A DNA stretch of 64,000 nucleotides, taken from contig NW_003314403.1 in assembly GCF_000143415.4 (NCBI RefSeq), positions 4,316 to 68,315 of the forward strand. The letters are read 5' to 3'. The translations under genes were made by a program, and so were the position numbers. The DNA comes from Selaginella moellendorffii. Its lineage: Eukaryota > Plantae > Lycopodiophyta. Positions 34,747 to 49,500 of this stretch are shown here, piece by piece (positions within the stretch are counted from its first letter, which is position 1; every line of letters begins with the position of its first letter). The notes below the pieces were generated by a model. It had not been told where the DNA came from. It was given only the letters and a program-made list of their open reading frames with translations, and ran no database searches.

Positions 34747-35947
34747 GCTTGGAGACCACCTATAGCTGACAATCGCGGACAAAAGCTCGAGTTAGTTTGG
34801 TATAGGGCACGTTTGGCGCAGCACCGCGCAAGAGAAATGCGTGCTCGGGAGCTGCGAGGAGCGGATTTACCTGCATCACTGGAGGAACAAGCGCTGGAGA
34901 TCGTGATCTGTCACAAGAATCTATGCCCGATGGAGCTTTTCCCGAGGAGACAAAGGTGCGCAATGCTGGGAGGCGCCGATAATCCACACCAGCGCCTCAA
35001 CGCCAGTGCACTGCGCTGCTATTGCGTTGCTCCTTTCCTAAAGCCCTAGAGCCTCGCGCGTCCACGCGAGAATGACACATCCAAACCCTATACAACATGG
35101 ATGCCACGGTCTCGCAAACACAAGAAGAAAGAGAGTGTTCGTTGGGAAGGCCGCGCGCCCACCGCGCCGTATGCTCATACGGTAATACAGGGCGATCGCC
35201 CATGTATTGTCTAAACTCCTTATGGCGCAATACGTTTAAAGAGGTACGGAAGGGACGGCGCACAGACGTGGCTGGGCGGACCTGTGACGTGGCAGGTTCT
35301 CTCTTTAAGGTGGGCCAGGCAGACAACCAATGGGACGCCGGCGCGTAGCAGAAGAAAGAACACGTATACTTCCACAGCTGGAAGACACGCGGCGTGTGAG
35401 CAATGGGCCAGCCAGGAGTATTGTGAGATGGCATCGGACGGCTGGCGATGCCAGTTAGGCTCCGAGGAGATGTGGCCCTTCAAGCTGGTGACCTGGCAGC
35501 CCACGTTCAAATACGTGGAGGGCTGGCGTACGCGTACACGTCGGCGCTTACGATCATGAAAGAGACAGGCGGGGATGCCGGCCACGTGGCGTCCCGCGAG
35601 CCAATGCCGGCCGGATGACGCGGCAGTGGGCACGCGGGGCAAAAACGACGTGGCCTGCGGCGGTGGCGTTATCACGGCCGCTGGATAGTGCCATTTTCGA
35701 CGGTCGGATGCGCGGCACGCTGGCGGCTCGATCATCAATGTCTCAGCCAGCCGTGCATTTGACGCATCCATTACGGAAACCAGAATGATATCACGTGGCA
35801 GGTACAAAAAAAAAGTTTTTTTTCCACCAACTTTGACTTGTATGAATTCAAACGCTTATCTTTTTATCCCACAACAAAAATATTGTGATTTCGTAGAAAT
35901 AGTATGTTACGTAAACAAAAACCACATACCATACTATATAAAACTTG

Positions 35948-38114
35948 CTACTGCCATCCAAGAACGTAGTCCAGGAGCGCGACCACCAATATGGAGAGGG
36001 GATAGAGAGCCAGAGGAATAAACGATGTCCAAAGTGGGAACGTTGTCCGGGTGCCTCCGAATATACCCATGATCAAAGCCACCAAAGTGATCACCAAAAC
36101 TTCCGACGAGAAGTCCCATGTCAAGCCCCGGTAAGCCACAACAGCCAGGAAAATCCCGAGACACAGCGTGTTGTTCATCGTGACTCCACCATAAATCTAC
36201 CAAAGCAAAGAGCACTGGTCAGCACCATTTTTCCTCTCAAGCATAACTACACTTCACCTGGGAGTATGTGAGCGATATGTTTTGCTTCTTCTTCTTCGCA
36301 GCGAACAAGACTGAGGAGATTGCCTCGCTTGAGTTCGTAGCCAGTGGCGTGGCTACAAAAGCGATGAAGAAGGACGGGATCCCGGTTGCAGAGGAGAAGT
36401 TCTCGATCGAGTCCACCAGAGGATCGGCAAAGATACCAGCAATAAGCGCGCCAAGCACGATGAGTAGAACTGCTTTGGTGATTATCTGGTTTTTGGTCAT
36501 GGATTCCCCCGATTCTTCCTCTTCTTTTTCTTCTCCTCCTCCTTGACCATCCATCAAAGCCATATAGGACGTTTGTGCGCTCTGAGTGTTCATGAAAAGA
36601 GAACCAAAAAGTTAGCCAGAGATTTCAATGCGGTCGCTTGCTTACTTGTGCTTCAGTGTCCCATCCATTATCATTATCACGATGTTCTTCTTTTGGTTGT
36701 TGAAGATCTTTAGTCCACCTAGTAAAGCCGCTAATAAACTCAGACTCCGAGATCTTATCGTCGCTAGATCGATCAAAGTCACTCATCCAGGCTTTCACCT
36801 CCTCTTCCTTTGGCAAGAGCGACTCGTGGCCGATACCAAGCCCAATTATTAACGCCTTGAGCTCATGCTGCGTAAGATGACCACTTTTATCTTCATCAAA
36901 ATAAGAAAACAACCTGCATTCGTAGATCGCACCGGATGTATATGTACTGAGACAGGAACTCAAGGTTTAATGAACGCTACTCACTTGGTTAACGCTTCTG
37001 TGTTTGTTGAACCGTCTGGAAGTACCAAGTCTCCCCAGCTCTTAGATTTGGAGTAGCTAGACAACTTCTGTAGAGTATGAAACAGTCGGAACCGTTGCCT
37101 CGCCAAAGCTATTCTTCTTTGCTGAATCCATGGCGACGTAATCTGCATCACAGCCATAGCTTTTAGAAAGAGTCGTAGTACATTTGTTTGGCAGAAACCG
37201 TGCTATCACGATACCATACCTGGTATATGCAGTAGGCTAGAAGACTGCCAAAAGACAAGACACAGCTCAAGATGATAAAGAAACGCCCCAACTGTGGCTG
37301 GCGAATGATTTTAGGGAGCTGCGCTAAGATGTAGGGAATAACTGTAATAAGCATAATCCAAGCGGAAGCTTTTGTCTGTGCGTCAGTTGTCACTCCAGTT
37401 TCTACAGAGAAACAGCCAAATCAAATCTCGCGGGTGGAAGGATTCGAAAGAGAAAGCTTACTGGACACATCGAACTTCCTGGTAAGCGTCTTGTCCTTGG
37501 CTACGAGATTTCCATTCACCTCTTGAAGATCACACCTTCCAACTATGAGTGAGCTTCCCCATAGGAGCGTTAACAGCATGATCGTTGATCCGGCAAGAAG
37601 TCCCATACCAACAAGAACTTGGGAAAGAACTTCTTCTTCGCTCGCAAACAGACCAGAAACTACGAACGAAGAAAAAGAAAAGCAAAGTTAGAAGTTTACG
37701 ACACAAACTTTGGTTGGAAGTGAAGAACAAAAAGTCGATGGAAAGCTTACCAAGTATGAGGATTGCGTCTGGCAGTGCTCCGAGAATTGGCAGTAGCAAA
37801 CCACCGATGATTCCCGGATTTAGAACGAGCAGCAGCAACTCACTCCCCTCGGACAGGAACTGCGCGGCCTTGAGCAGAAGAAATCCATACACGATGAGCA
37901 GGAAAATGTTGCCAGCGACTCCAGTGGAGCAGGGCAAGAAGCCATAATTTGGCTCACACGACTCCTCCTTGGCAGCTTTCCTGAGCCTCAACACGGACGG
38001 AAATCCCGCCTTGTCGACTGATGAGCCGCTACTGACGAGCTGAGCGGCCGCCGCTGCCAAGGAAAAGCATGCGAGCAGCACAAAGATCGGCAAGATGTAG
38101 CCTCTCGCCCTCAT
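35948..38114 (-). CDS. NCL: Na+/Ca2+ exchanger-like protein with EF hands
   Basis: CEPNYGFLPC, GLLLPILGALPD, GLLAGSTIMLLT, EF hands DEDKSGHL/DRSSDDKI, PLATNSSEA, RGLTWDFSSEV. Confidence 0.92.
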
Positions 38115-38862
38115 GATCGAAGGTAATCCCCTGGTCGATGGAAAAGGTATCCCTGTGGCGCGGAGCTCTAGATCTGCGCCGACTCACCTCGGATTCTAGA
38201 AATCTAGCAGCGTAGCGGCAATGCACCCGGCCGCCAGTGATGGATCGATCGATCTCCTCGGCGGCCAAATATCTGATAAGTAATGGAATATTCTGGTTGC
38301 AGTGAATCTAGGCCGTCCGTCCTGGATAGCGCGTATCAGCGAGTGTCGGTGAGCTCTCTTTCTGTTTTCTCTCTCATAATCGTGTCACTTGGAAACGAGC
38401 CCAGCTGAGAAGACACACAAATTTTTCTCGTTACGTGGTGTTCGTACACTGAAAAGAGGACTACAAGGACGACGAAAGCCAATATAATATAAACACCACC
38501 CCTTTTCGTCCAACTATGTACCTCACATACACACATACTTTGTAAGTACATTTTTTAGAAGCTTTTCATCGACATCGAAGGGGCCTCCTCATATACATTG
38601 TCCTCAAAATATGTAAAGGGAAGAAAAAAAACGACGAAGAACGCTAATAGTAAGAGACCTGGTGTAAGCAAAAAGATGGATGCCCCCTCCCTCCCCCTAA
38701 GTAGTGTTGTTGTTACATCGTCACCTCCCCGCTCTTTTCCTATGACCACAAAATCACCGTAACTCCAGACAAAAGCCGCAAAAGAATGTAGGAACGAACC
38801 GAAACGAACTTGTGTAAAAACCTCCCTTGCATTCGTAGTCGTCGTGGTTGTCTTCGTGGCGA

Positions 38863-40229
38863 CTAGCCGCGCACGACTTGGCCCGGATCAAGCTGACCAC
38901 TGCAGTAGCTGGAAGGAACCACTGAAATCTCCTGGCGGCCTTTCCATTCCTCGCCCGGCTTCAAAGTGATTGGCGTCTCGATCACTGCTGGCTCCACGCA
39001 CACCATGTGTAAATACTCGTCGTCTCCAAAGTCTGCCATGGCTTTGGCTTTCTTGTCCCATGGATTCCACACGACTGTAGAACAGCACCAGCAATGGTTA
39101 CCGACCAGTCCAGCACTTAAAGCAAGTCTTACCTGCGTCTGGGAGGCCTTCCTTTTTCACCACTATCGTCCGCTTTTTTTCGTGATCAACAATGGCGATC
39201 TTCGTCGGTGTGCTGACATACACGCGATCCACCTGTGTGTTGTGTATCTTTGGCCTTTCAGAGATCCGGATATCAATATCAAAAAACCTACCTCTCCATC
39301 GAAAGTGATCGAGTCTCCCTGCTCGGTGAAGCGCTCCCTGTCTTGCAAGTTGTCCAGAAAGTCGAGTGTCTCCAGGCCTTCAATGCGAACCTCACTGCCG
39401 CATCAATCAATCGAATCTCGTTAACAGAAGAAGCAAAGAAAAGGTCATGGCACACCTGATATCTGACACCGAGAAGTACGTGTGCAGAGCGAACGTAAAG
39501 GTGAAAGGCTTGGTATCAGTGTTCCTCACGCGAATGGTTTGCGCAAGATCGCCGCCTCGCTTGAGAGTAAGACGCATCCGCAGCTCAAAACTGGAGAAAG
39601 AAAGAAAAATATAGAACTCGCAGCAGTGAAAAAAAATGTTTTCGACGTACTTGTGTGTCCACATCTTGAGGTCGTCTTCCGCAGGCTTGAGGATGAGATC
39701 GACAGTGCTCCCTCGGCTGCTATTGCTTCCACTTGCGTTAGTGCTTGACAGGATGGGAGGAGCGTCAGTCTCGATGGACCACAGCCTGTTCCTCGCAAAT
39801 CCATGCTTCTCGAGCGCTCCAACATTCGCGAACTAAGTAGCAGTAGTTGAGAGAACAAGCGCAATCTTAGACACTCCTGTTTACGAACCTGCGGGAAGCA
39901 AATTGGTATGCCACCTCGAATTGGCTTGGGAGGCTTGAAAGACGTCTGGAATCGGATCAAACATAGTTTGGAACATTTGAAATAGACTGGACGAATTTCA
40001 TTTGTCTACCTTGCTGCTGAGAAACAAGAGCTCCTCGCCACGATCATTCTTCCACGAAACAACCTGTCCCCCGTAGAGATAAACCTGAAAGAGGCTTTCG
40101 TTATTGCCAGTTTCTCTAAGACGGAACTAATCGACTCACCTCCGCCGAGGCTCCCAAAGGCTCCTTGAGGATGATCTTTTCCAGACCAGCAGCATCCCTG
40201 GTTACCAGCGGCTCCTGAATCGCAGCCAT
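38863..40229 (-). CDS. Glucose-6-phosphate 1-epimerase (aldose 1-epimerase family)
   Basis: IRGGIPICFPQF, HGFARN, FALHTYF, VWNPWDKKAKAMADFGDDEY, CVEPA. Confidence 0.93.
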
Positions 40230-40727
40230 TCCCTCCAACTGCATTGTTCGCGAGATCAAAGAAAAGGCCAATCGGAATTGGCATGCAAGGGATTCCAGGC
40301 GATAGCGCCGGATTACCTCTGCTGTGGAGCTCCGAAATCTTCGACAATCGATCGAGGAGCAGTGGATCTATCGCCGGCGCCACGCCAGGAAATCAAGCCG
40401 CTCTCCTCTCTTAGGTATGACGCCAGGGAGGAGAAAGGGCTTAAAACACATTCTGTCTTATAATGCCTATCGTGGCCGTCCATCGCGACAGATCCAACGG
40501 ATGGTACTTTGTCTGGGCTGGCGTACTTTATATGCCCATATGATTTGCTTAGGTTTTAAGCTGACATTTTGGGTCTCTTCTTGCCCTAGTGATCTATTCA
40601 GAGCATCAGAGCTTCGAGCTAACAAACCATCCATGCAATCATAACAATTTACAAATTTATTGATCTCTCGATCAGATCAAGCAAGAACCCGAAAGCTATG
40701 TAGGATCGATCAAATTATATTGATCTC

Positions 40728-41027
40728 TCAATCAGAATCACTGCTGCTGCTGCTGCTGCTGCTGCCTCCCCCTGCCTTCTTTTTCTCCTTGTGCTGGTTC
40801 TTCTTCTTCTTGATCTTGTCCATGAGACCCTCTTTCTGGGGCTGTGTGGTAGTGGTGCTCGTTGTTGTGGTAGCCATTCCGGGCTGGGGAGTGCCATAAG
40901 AACCCGGGGCGGTGTTGTGTGATGGAGGAGTGGAGGACTGGACTGGAGTAGCGGTGTTGTGCGCGACTTGATCCTTCTTGTGACCCATGTGGAGCTTGTC
41001 GCTAATCTTTTCCATCATCGAGGCCAT
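40728..41027 (-). CDS. KS-type dehydrin-like protein
   Basis: MMEKISDKLHMG start, K-segment-like KEGLMDKIKKK, C-terminal poly-Ser SDSD; TATA-like motifs at ~41165-41190. Confidence 0.85.
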   Translation of the reverse strand: MASMMEKISDKLHMGHKKDQVAHNTATPVQSSTPPSHNTAPGSYGTPQPGMATTTTSTTTTQPQKEGLMDKIKKKKNQHKEKKKAGGGSSSSSSSSDSD

Positions 41028-41620
41028 CGCTTTGTGAGAAATCTGGTAAAGATTCAAGCAGCCAAAAATCAGGAACTTGTAACCACATGGATGAGCCAAA
41101 GCGGAATACCTGGAGTGAAGGGATCTTTGCCTCAAGTTGAAAAGACGGGAAGTGGATGAACATCTTATAAGGTACAGGGCTTATATACGAGGCTTTGGCG
41201 CTGCGTGGAGTAATTGTGCTTTGCCAGCGATTGCCTCGTTTGATGCTCTAGGCCACGTATCAGACACCGACACGAGAAGCTATGATTAAAAGAACATTCT
41301 TAATTTTTATAAACAGAGCATAATTAATATGAGCAAGATGTCTTTTCCATCGCTTGCTTGTTTGGAGAGGGATGGCGTTTTTGAGCTAGACAGTCTGCCT
41401 GTAGTGGATGCAGTGGCGCATTTGTTTCCTAAGATGGAGAAACGGCCTGGTGTCAACTCTGAAATTTGCAGGTATTCATCCACTACCACTTTTGTATTTT
41501 CACCATATGAATATAACAAGTATTGTAGGCTGGCTCCTCGACTGGAGACCTCATATGTAAAAGGTCCCAAGGTAGTTATTGGCTTTCAACTTCATTCTTT
41601 GGTTATAAAACAGTAACCCA

Positions 41621-42759
41621 TCAAAAATCCAAAGGATGGGACTGCCAGTGAGCAGCCCTCTCGAATCCATTCCTAAAGCCTTTGTAGTCTCGGATCGCCT
41701 CTACAATCTCCTCCCGCGTGTTCATGACGAAGGGGCCGTGCTGAAACACGGGCTCGTTGAGAGGCTGCCCGGCGATGAGCACGAACCTACAAGCTTTGTC
41801 CGAATCGTTCCACACCATGACACCGTCTCCGTGGCTCAGCTCCACCGTCGTGTGAGCCTCGATCGGTGGCGTGCCTTTGCTTCCAAAAGTTGGCCTGCCT
41901 TCCAGAGTATAAGCGAAGGAGTTCCATCCCTCGGAGATTTCCTGGGCAAAGCTGGCACCCGGTTGCATGGTTACGTCGAGATACATGGTTGGAGTGCGAG
42001 TGTAGACTGGCGAAGAGATGCCCAATGATTCTCCGGCTATGACTTTGACACTGGTGCCGTCTTTCTCGGCCACTGGTATGTTTCCAGATTCAAGCTCCTG
42101 GTAGTTTGGCTCGATCCTAGATACAAGAAGCGCTGGTTGATACTCTGATGAAGCAAAGAGAAAACGAAGGAAGAATTTATACTTACATTTTAAACTTGGA
42201 GGAAAGATTGATCCAAAGCTGGAGACCACGCTGTACACCAGTGCTAGCGGGCATCTCGCAGTGCACAATGCCTCGGCCAGCAGTCATCCACTAGAAGAAA
42301 CTATCATGATAAAGCAAGTAAAAAAAACAGAGAGATTTAGCAAACCTGTAAGTCACCAGCTTGAATAGTGCCTGTGTGTCCCGCAAAGTCCTGATGGGTG
42401 AAAGCCCCCTACACATCGCAAAGAACATTTTTTAATCTCGGTGCATCAGGAAAAAAGAAGAGGGAATACCTCGAGCATGTATGTGACCGTTTCAAAGCCT
42501 CGATGGGGATGATCAGGAAATCCGGCTGGTGGAGAAACTATAGATACGTCAACGAAAGAAAAAAAAGTATTAGAACGAGCACAGAAGAAAAAACGATTGA
42601 TCGCGTCAAATTACCTGTGAAGTAGTCGAGCATGAGAAACGGATCCAGTTGTCTCAGCTCGGGTCTTCCGATGCTCCGCCTCACAACCGCACCATCTCCC
42701 TCTGGCTGCTCGTGCGCTACAATCCTCTTGACAACTTGTCTGGGATTTATAAACGCCAT
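41621..42759 (-). CDS. Pirin-like protein
   Basis: EGDGAVVRRSIG, LDPFLMLD, GFPDHPHRGFETVTY, WMTAGRGIVH, GQPLNEPVFQHGPFVMNT. Confidence 0.95.
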
Positions 42760-43599
42760 GGCTGCCGCGCTTCTCTGGATCGACCTCGCAAGGATTTGCT
42801 GCCTAGAGATACTTGCTGATGCTTGCTGCTGGAGATTGGAAGCGCGAAACAAAGAACACTGCTTTATAAATCCCAACACCATCAGTGAGAGTGCCAGAAA
42901 AGCGCACTGTCGAATCAAATGCCTCATACACCAATTCCCCCCCAAAAGAACTCACCGCTCACAGAGATGTCGAGATCTCTTGCTTTCCCCACTCGATCCG
43001 TGATCTGGAGCTCAGCCACAATTCAATTTAAAACCTCCACCGTCCGGCTTCCCGGCACTAGCGCTTCGACCTAGACCAAAGTAGAACTCTCAAAGGGTGA
43101 TGTCACGCCACGCTGAATCTACGGCTGACGCTCAATGACGACGTGCTGACGTCACCTATGCCATAAGAAATATCAATCTCAACACCGGCTCATAGTCTTC
43201 ATAATGAGCAAATCTATGAGCAAATCCGTTCAAGGAAGAACACTCAACTGGAAGCAATTTGTCACGGACAAATTTGCACAGAAAATGCCTCTACTACCAT
43301 AATGTTTCTTTCACTCTGCTACTAAACTAACTCCCGCACTGCATATGCTAGGCCTCCTGAAGATGTAACCATGCAATACTGTGCTCACAAGAAGCTTCCA
43401 CAAGGGCATCTATCAGCAAATGGTGCGTGTGAGCTATAAAGCAGCAGCTTTAGCAAGCGAAATCAACCAGGAAAATAGAGTGTGTCGTTTTTGCTTAAAA
43501 AACTAATATGGTATCGGAATAAATGATGATTTAATGGGCAAAACAAGACCATACAATGAGTTATGCGATTTGGTACGTGATACGGGTTTGATTCCCATT

Positions 43600-46500
43600 G
43601 ATTAGTGGTTATTTAAAATCCTTGCTCAAGGAACTTAGGTTTAGACCCAAGCCATATGTATAACAAAAACAAGCACACAAGCAGGAGGTAAACTATATTT
43701 TCAATTGGTCAGTTATGCCCAACCTGTGCACTATCCTTATTATATATTTGGAACCCTCACCCCTTTGAGGAATGCACACTTTGGGCTTTCACCCTTAGTA
43801 CTAGCTTAAAACTTACTAAATATAAAGTGGTGCTAAATTGTGAATTTGGACATGAGAACAACACTATCGTGTTCAAGACAATCTCTACATTCTATATATA
43901 TATATGCCAAATTAGTAAATCTAGATACTTTCTATAAATAGCCAATAGAACCGAATAGGACCAACACATGTGGAGCATGATAATGAGGGTGTTTGGTAGA
44001 CACGGTAATCTATCATCTAGCAATATTTATGGATTAAATTAAATATCATCAGGGTTTTTGTCAAGCCAATGCAAAACACAGCAAAAGTGTTAGGATCCTA
44101 TCCTTTACACCCTAAGCCAACTAGCTAAAGGGGTGATCACTTGATTGTAGGGCCCTTTCCTTATCCTATTATCCTGACCTGGTGCCTAACAATCCTCCCC
44201 CTCGTCAGGGAATGATCGTCCACGATCATACTTAGGCCACCTTCCGGTCACCATGGTCCTTCTCTTAGGGTCTACCAAACCTTAGGCCACCCTCGTCAGG
44301 GAATGATCGTCCACGATCATACTTAGGCCACCTTCCGGTCACCATGGTCCTTCTCTTAGGGTCTACCAAACCTTAGGCCACCTTCCGGTCACCATGGTCC
44401 TTCTCTTAGGGTCTACCAAACCTTGGTTCTCCCTCTAGATCCACCATGTTGAATATTCCTTTAGAATATTCCTGCCCCACTCGTCAACCACGAGAATCGA
44501 ACTGGGCTCCAATACCAATGTTAGGATCCTATCCCTTACACCCTAAGCCAACTGGCTAAAGGGGTGATCACTTGATTGTAGGGCCCTTTCCTTATCCTAT
44601 TATCCTGACCTGGTGCCTAACAAAAAGAGAACTAACAAATTGGGCTAAGTATGTTTAGCTAAATAGACACTTAGGAATTCCTTCCTTATGCTCGTCTGGC
44701 TAAATATAGATGTTAAGTCAAATTTATTAACATGTGAACAAGAAGGACTAATAATAGGTCTAACAATACTGACTTTTTGTTATTGTGGCAATAAAAAAAG
44801 AATATCCGAAACGACTCGCTAATAGGTAACTTTCGATATCTACAGTTATATTTGTGATATGGGTCCATTACATTCCCTATACCCAATTTTTTCTTCCTTA
44901 AGTATTTGGTTTCGCTAATGAGCATCCCACACTCCTTAGCAACACCTATATGCTAAATCATCATCTTTATATATCTACATCATCCCAAAATGTTGTTGTT
45001 GCGCTAAATGTTGCCAACTTTAAGTTTGCTATATGATTTAGAGCATCTACCACGATATTGCTCTTCTTGGGTTTATAAAGGATTTTGCAATTGAACTTAA
45101 CTAAAGCATTTACTTATTGACCTTATTTTCCTCGAATATCAAGCTACAATAAGAAGTGTTTCATTGCCATATTATATGTGTATATATTGAAGTGTTTCTT
45201 AAGGTAGTGTTGCCATTCCTTGAGCACTTTGACCACCACAAATAGTTCTTTTTCATGGGCAAGCTATCTTCATTGAGCCTTGTCCAACTTCTTCAAGAAG
45301 AATGCCACTAAATAATTATCATATTTCAAGACTATGCCCAGTGCAAAGTTTGAGGCATTTATTTCTACCTCAAAGTCCTTACTAAAGTTTGGTAACACCA
45401 ATATGAGAGCCTTCCTCAACTTCTCTATAAGGTAGATAAATGTTGCCTTGCATTTTATTGTTGTCTTTACAATCTTCTTTCTTATTTGTTCTATTAAGGG
45501 TAAGAAAACTATCAAATAGTGTTTGATAAACTTTCAATAGTAGTTATATATCCTTAAGAATGCCCTTAATTCACTATACATTCAATGATAGTTCCCATTC
45601 TTGGATTATTTAGACCTTCTCAGGGTCCATCTTGAGCCCTTCCTTACCTATTATATGCTCAAGAAATTTTATCTCTTATTGAGGAAAGTCGCACTTACTC
45701 TTTATAGTGTATAATATAAGCGACTAATTTTTCCATTCTACTTTAATCACTTAACCACACCTCTAACCACTTGGAGTAGTCTCACTCACAACCTCCATAA
45801 GTCTTATTCCGAACTTGGGGCTTGCTATCCCCGAAAATAGCATCCATGCCACTCAACCTTTGCACTTGGTACAAGTGCTCCAGGTGTCCGATCCCATGAC
45901 TGACATCCCAAGGTACCATCGACACATCAGCCCATTACACTATGCGATGCCCTTCTCACTTTGGTCATAGGTCCAACGCCACCTACATTGCAATCCCGTC
46001 TCTCAATGACTAAGCCATCTGTCCATGAGTGGTCATGCCAGATCCACTCCTTAGCATCCTTAAGATGCCTACAAACATGGGGAATAGCCTTCCCCAATAT
46101 CTCCGTTCCAGTCCCCACCAAGTCCCTTTCTGTCTATGACCCTTTGTAGCGCACCTAAATTTAGAGCCGAACTCCAAGCCTATTGTGCTACAAATGAGGG
46201 TCCGGTACAATCCCACGAGTACCAACTCCCTATATCCAACACCTACAGGCAAAATGGTGTCAGACGGAGTCTGGCACAATTTTGGCATACCGGTGGCCTA
46301 ACACGAGGAGGAGGGTACCCCACCGACTAGAGCAGCATGGAACTTGGGCCTAGACCCAAGCCAAATGCAGAACAAAGAGCGACACAACCTAGCGAGAGCC
46401 AAACTAATGTCTCAAGTGGTCAGACATGCATTCCAACCACTATCCCTACTATACATTTGAAACCCCCCACAGCCCCACCCCCCCCTTGAGGGACACATGC

Positions 46501-49500
46501 TTTGGGCTTTCACCCTAAGCCTCCTTTAGTACTAGGAGTTAGTCTCTAGGACAAGTTCAAAACTTACTAAATATGGAATGGTGCTAGATTGCGAATTTGG
46601 ACACAGGATGAACACCATTGTGGTCAGGCTGATCTCTACATTCTGTAGATATGTCAAATGAGCTAATCTAGACACTTTCCATAAATAGCACTTGGGACTG
46701 AAATGAGACTAACACAAAGGGTGTGATAGCGAGGGTGTTATGCTGATATGGTAAGTTATCATTCAGCGATATTGAGGGACTAGTCTCAACACACAAGAGT
46801 CTTGCCAAGCTAGTGCAAGACAAAGCAAAAGAGAACTAAGAGCCAGACTAAGAATGCTCAGCTGGAAACACATAGGAGTTACTACCTTATGTCCATTTAG
46901 CTAAGTACAGATGCTAAGCCCAGTAAACTAACACTTGGACAAGAGGGGCTATTGAAGGGAACCAGTAGTACTGACCTCCTACCGTCATGGCAGTAAGGAA
47001 AGAGTGCCCATAAGGACTGGCCGACAAGTATTTTTCGATACCCGAAATTATATTCATGACACCCTTTATCATTTAACTACTTCAGTTGGCATTTGAATTC
47101 TTTAATTTCCTTTTCATTCAACCAATAGAAGGGATGAAGTGTAATTGACTAAATTTTCCATTTTAATTTAGTCATTTAACCACCCTTGACCACTTGGAGG
47201 AGTCTCACTCACAACCTTTATAAATCCTCATCTGTCATAGGGTACTTGCTATCCCTCATATGTGATCTTTAAACCACACCAATTTTGTGCTTAGTCCAAG
47301 TGCTCTATGTGTCTGATCCCACTTTAGACACCCAAGGTACCACAAAGATCTCAGCCCATTACCTTAAGGTTATGTTCATTCTTATTATCTTATTGGTGAT
47401 ATAAAACCATTTATACAATAGTCCTATTTTTCCAAGACTAGGCCATCCATCCATGTGTGGTCATTTCATAACCACACCTTAGCATCCTTAGGATGCCTCA
47501 AAACATAGGGAACACCATCCATTAATATTCTTCCTTTGGTCCCACCAAATCTTTCTTCATTTATGGTCGTGCTTCCTAACATTGTTACTAGGTCAGGGCT
47601 TGAAGGCCTAACCACAAAGTCCTATTGAATTTTAAATCTTCCTCATCATGTGACTATACCCTTAGTCGTTAAGAAAGTGGACCACTTTTTTTTCTTTCTA
47701 TAATTTGGGACTTTAGGATGACATTTCTAAACACCGTGGCTCAAAATAAGCCTTATAGGTACTCCCCCCACCTTCTGCCACTAGGGTGCCCTAGCCATGT
47801 GACTAGAGTGAGGTTCTAATGAGCCACACAAGGTATCCAATGACAGTAGAACATTGGTATTGCTAGTTCCCTTTATAGTCTTAGCCCAAGCTAGTTAGGA
47901 AACTAGCCAGCACATATGCACATAGACTGGAGGGGCAGTAAGGAAGGAAATGCTAAATTGTCATTAAGTTAAGCATACTTGACATAGTGATAAGAAACTC
48001 ATGTTGTTAACTTATATTTGCTAGTGTTGGAAACCACCTCAATATTGAGCTTAATCCATCAATATTCGCTAAATGATATTTTACTATGTCTACCAAAACA
48101 CACTCTCACTATCATCCCTTATGTGTTGATCTATTTTGGTCTTATATGCCATTTATAGTAAATGTTTAATCTGCTTAAGAGGCATATTTACGGAATGTAA
48201 AGAATGTCCTAAACTCTTGTGAAACACAAATCTCTAAGCCCCAAAGTGGAGCCAAAAGTGTGCACCATGGTAATGGTCAAAGCAGAAGTTCAATGAGTAT
48301 AACATGTTTGGACCAAAACCTCTTTCATGGAAAGTTGGGAGCAGGAATGGAACTCTGAACAAAGTGTTTAAGGAATGAGTACAAAGCAATCAATGAATGA
48401 GTGTCATTCATAAGAAGGATTGACACATGGCAAGTGTCATGGCACATAAAAGTGTCAGGACTGAGTCTGAAATGGAGTCTGAGAAAGAGTCTAAGCTGGA
48501 GTCCAAGATAGAGTCTAGGATAGAGTCTGAAAAGGAATTTAAAATAGTCCTAGAAGGAGTCCAAAGAAGAGTCTAAGATGGAGTACAAGATGGAGTCCGA
48601 GAAGGAGTCTGAGATGGGGACCGAGACCAAAACCAAGACCAAGACCGAGATTGAAACCATGATCAAGACTAAGATTGAGATTGAGACCAAGACCAAAACC
48701 AAGACTAGGGTGGAGACTAAGTTTGAGTCTAAATCTGAGTCCAAGTTCGGGTTCAAGTTTGAGTCTAGGTCTAAGTTTGAGAGTGAAAGCCCAAAGCAAT
48801 TGAGTCTTAGACCCTAGAGGGTTTGGTGAGCTTCAAATGGATAGTAGAGTGAAACTAGTTTGGCCAAAAAAGGCCAATGTGACCAAAAAAAGCTATACCC
48901 ATATGGTGAGTGATGATATAACCATTAAGGAGTCTAAAGTTAGAGTAAACACAAATAAACAAGTGGGGTAATTTGGTGAAATATTTAAGAGCCATCTTTA
49001 GCTCCCCTGAGAGATCAAATAGTCAATGCTTCCAATCCAAGTGTGGGTGGCATTATCTACTTGGATACCTGGCGTGGCTCATTGGAACCTTGCTCTAGCC
49101 ACATGGCTAAGGCACCTAAGGGTAAAAGGTGGGGAGAGTATTTATGAGGCTCACGAAGGGCCATGGTGTTTTGGACTGTTGTCTCAAAGTCCTAGACTAT
49201 GGAAAAGAAGAGGAGCAATCCTTTTATGTAGTGATTAAGGATATAGTCATATAATAAGGAAGTCCCAGAAGTTAGTGGGACTGTCGCAAATGTGATTTTG
49301 GATATTGAAAGATACTTGTTAGCCAATCTTTACAAACACTCTTTCTTTACTGCCATGACAGCAGGAGATCGGTATTGCTAGTTCCCTTTAGTAGCCCCTC
49401 TTGTCCAAGTGTTAGTAAACTAGACTTAACATTTGTACTTGGTCAAATAAGCATAAAGAAGGAATTTCTAGGTGTCTATTTAGCCAAACATACTTAGCCT

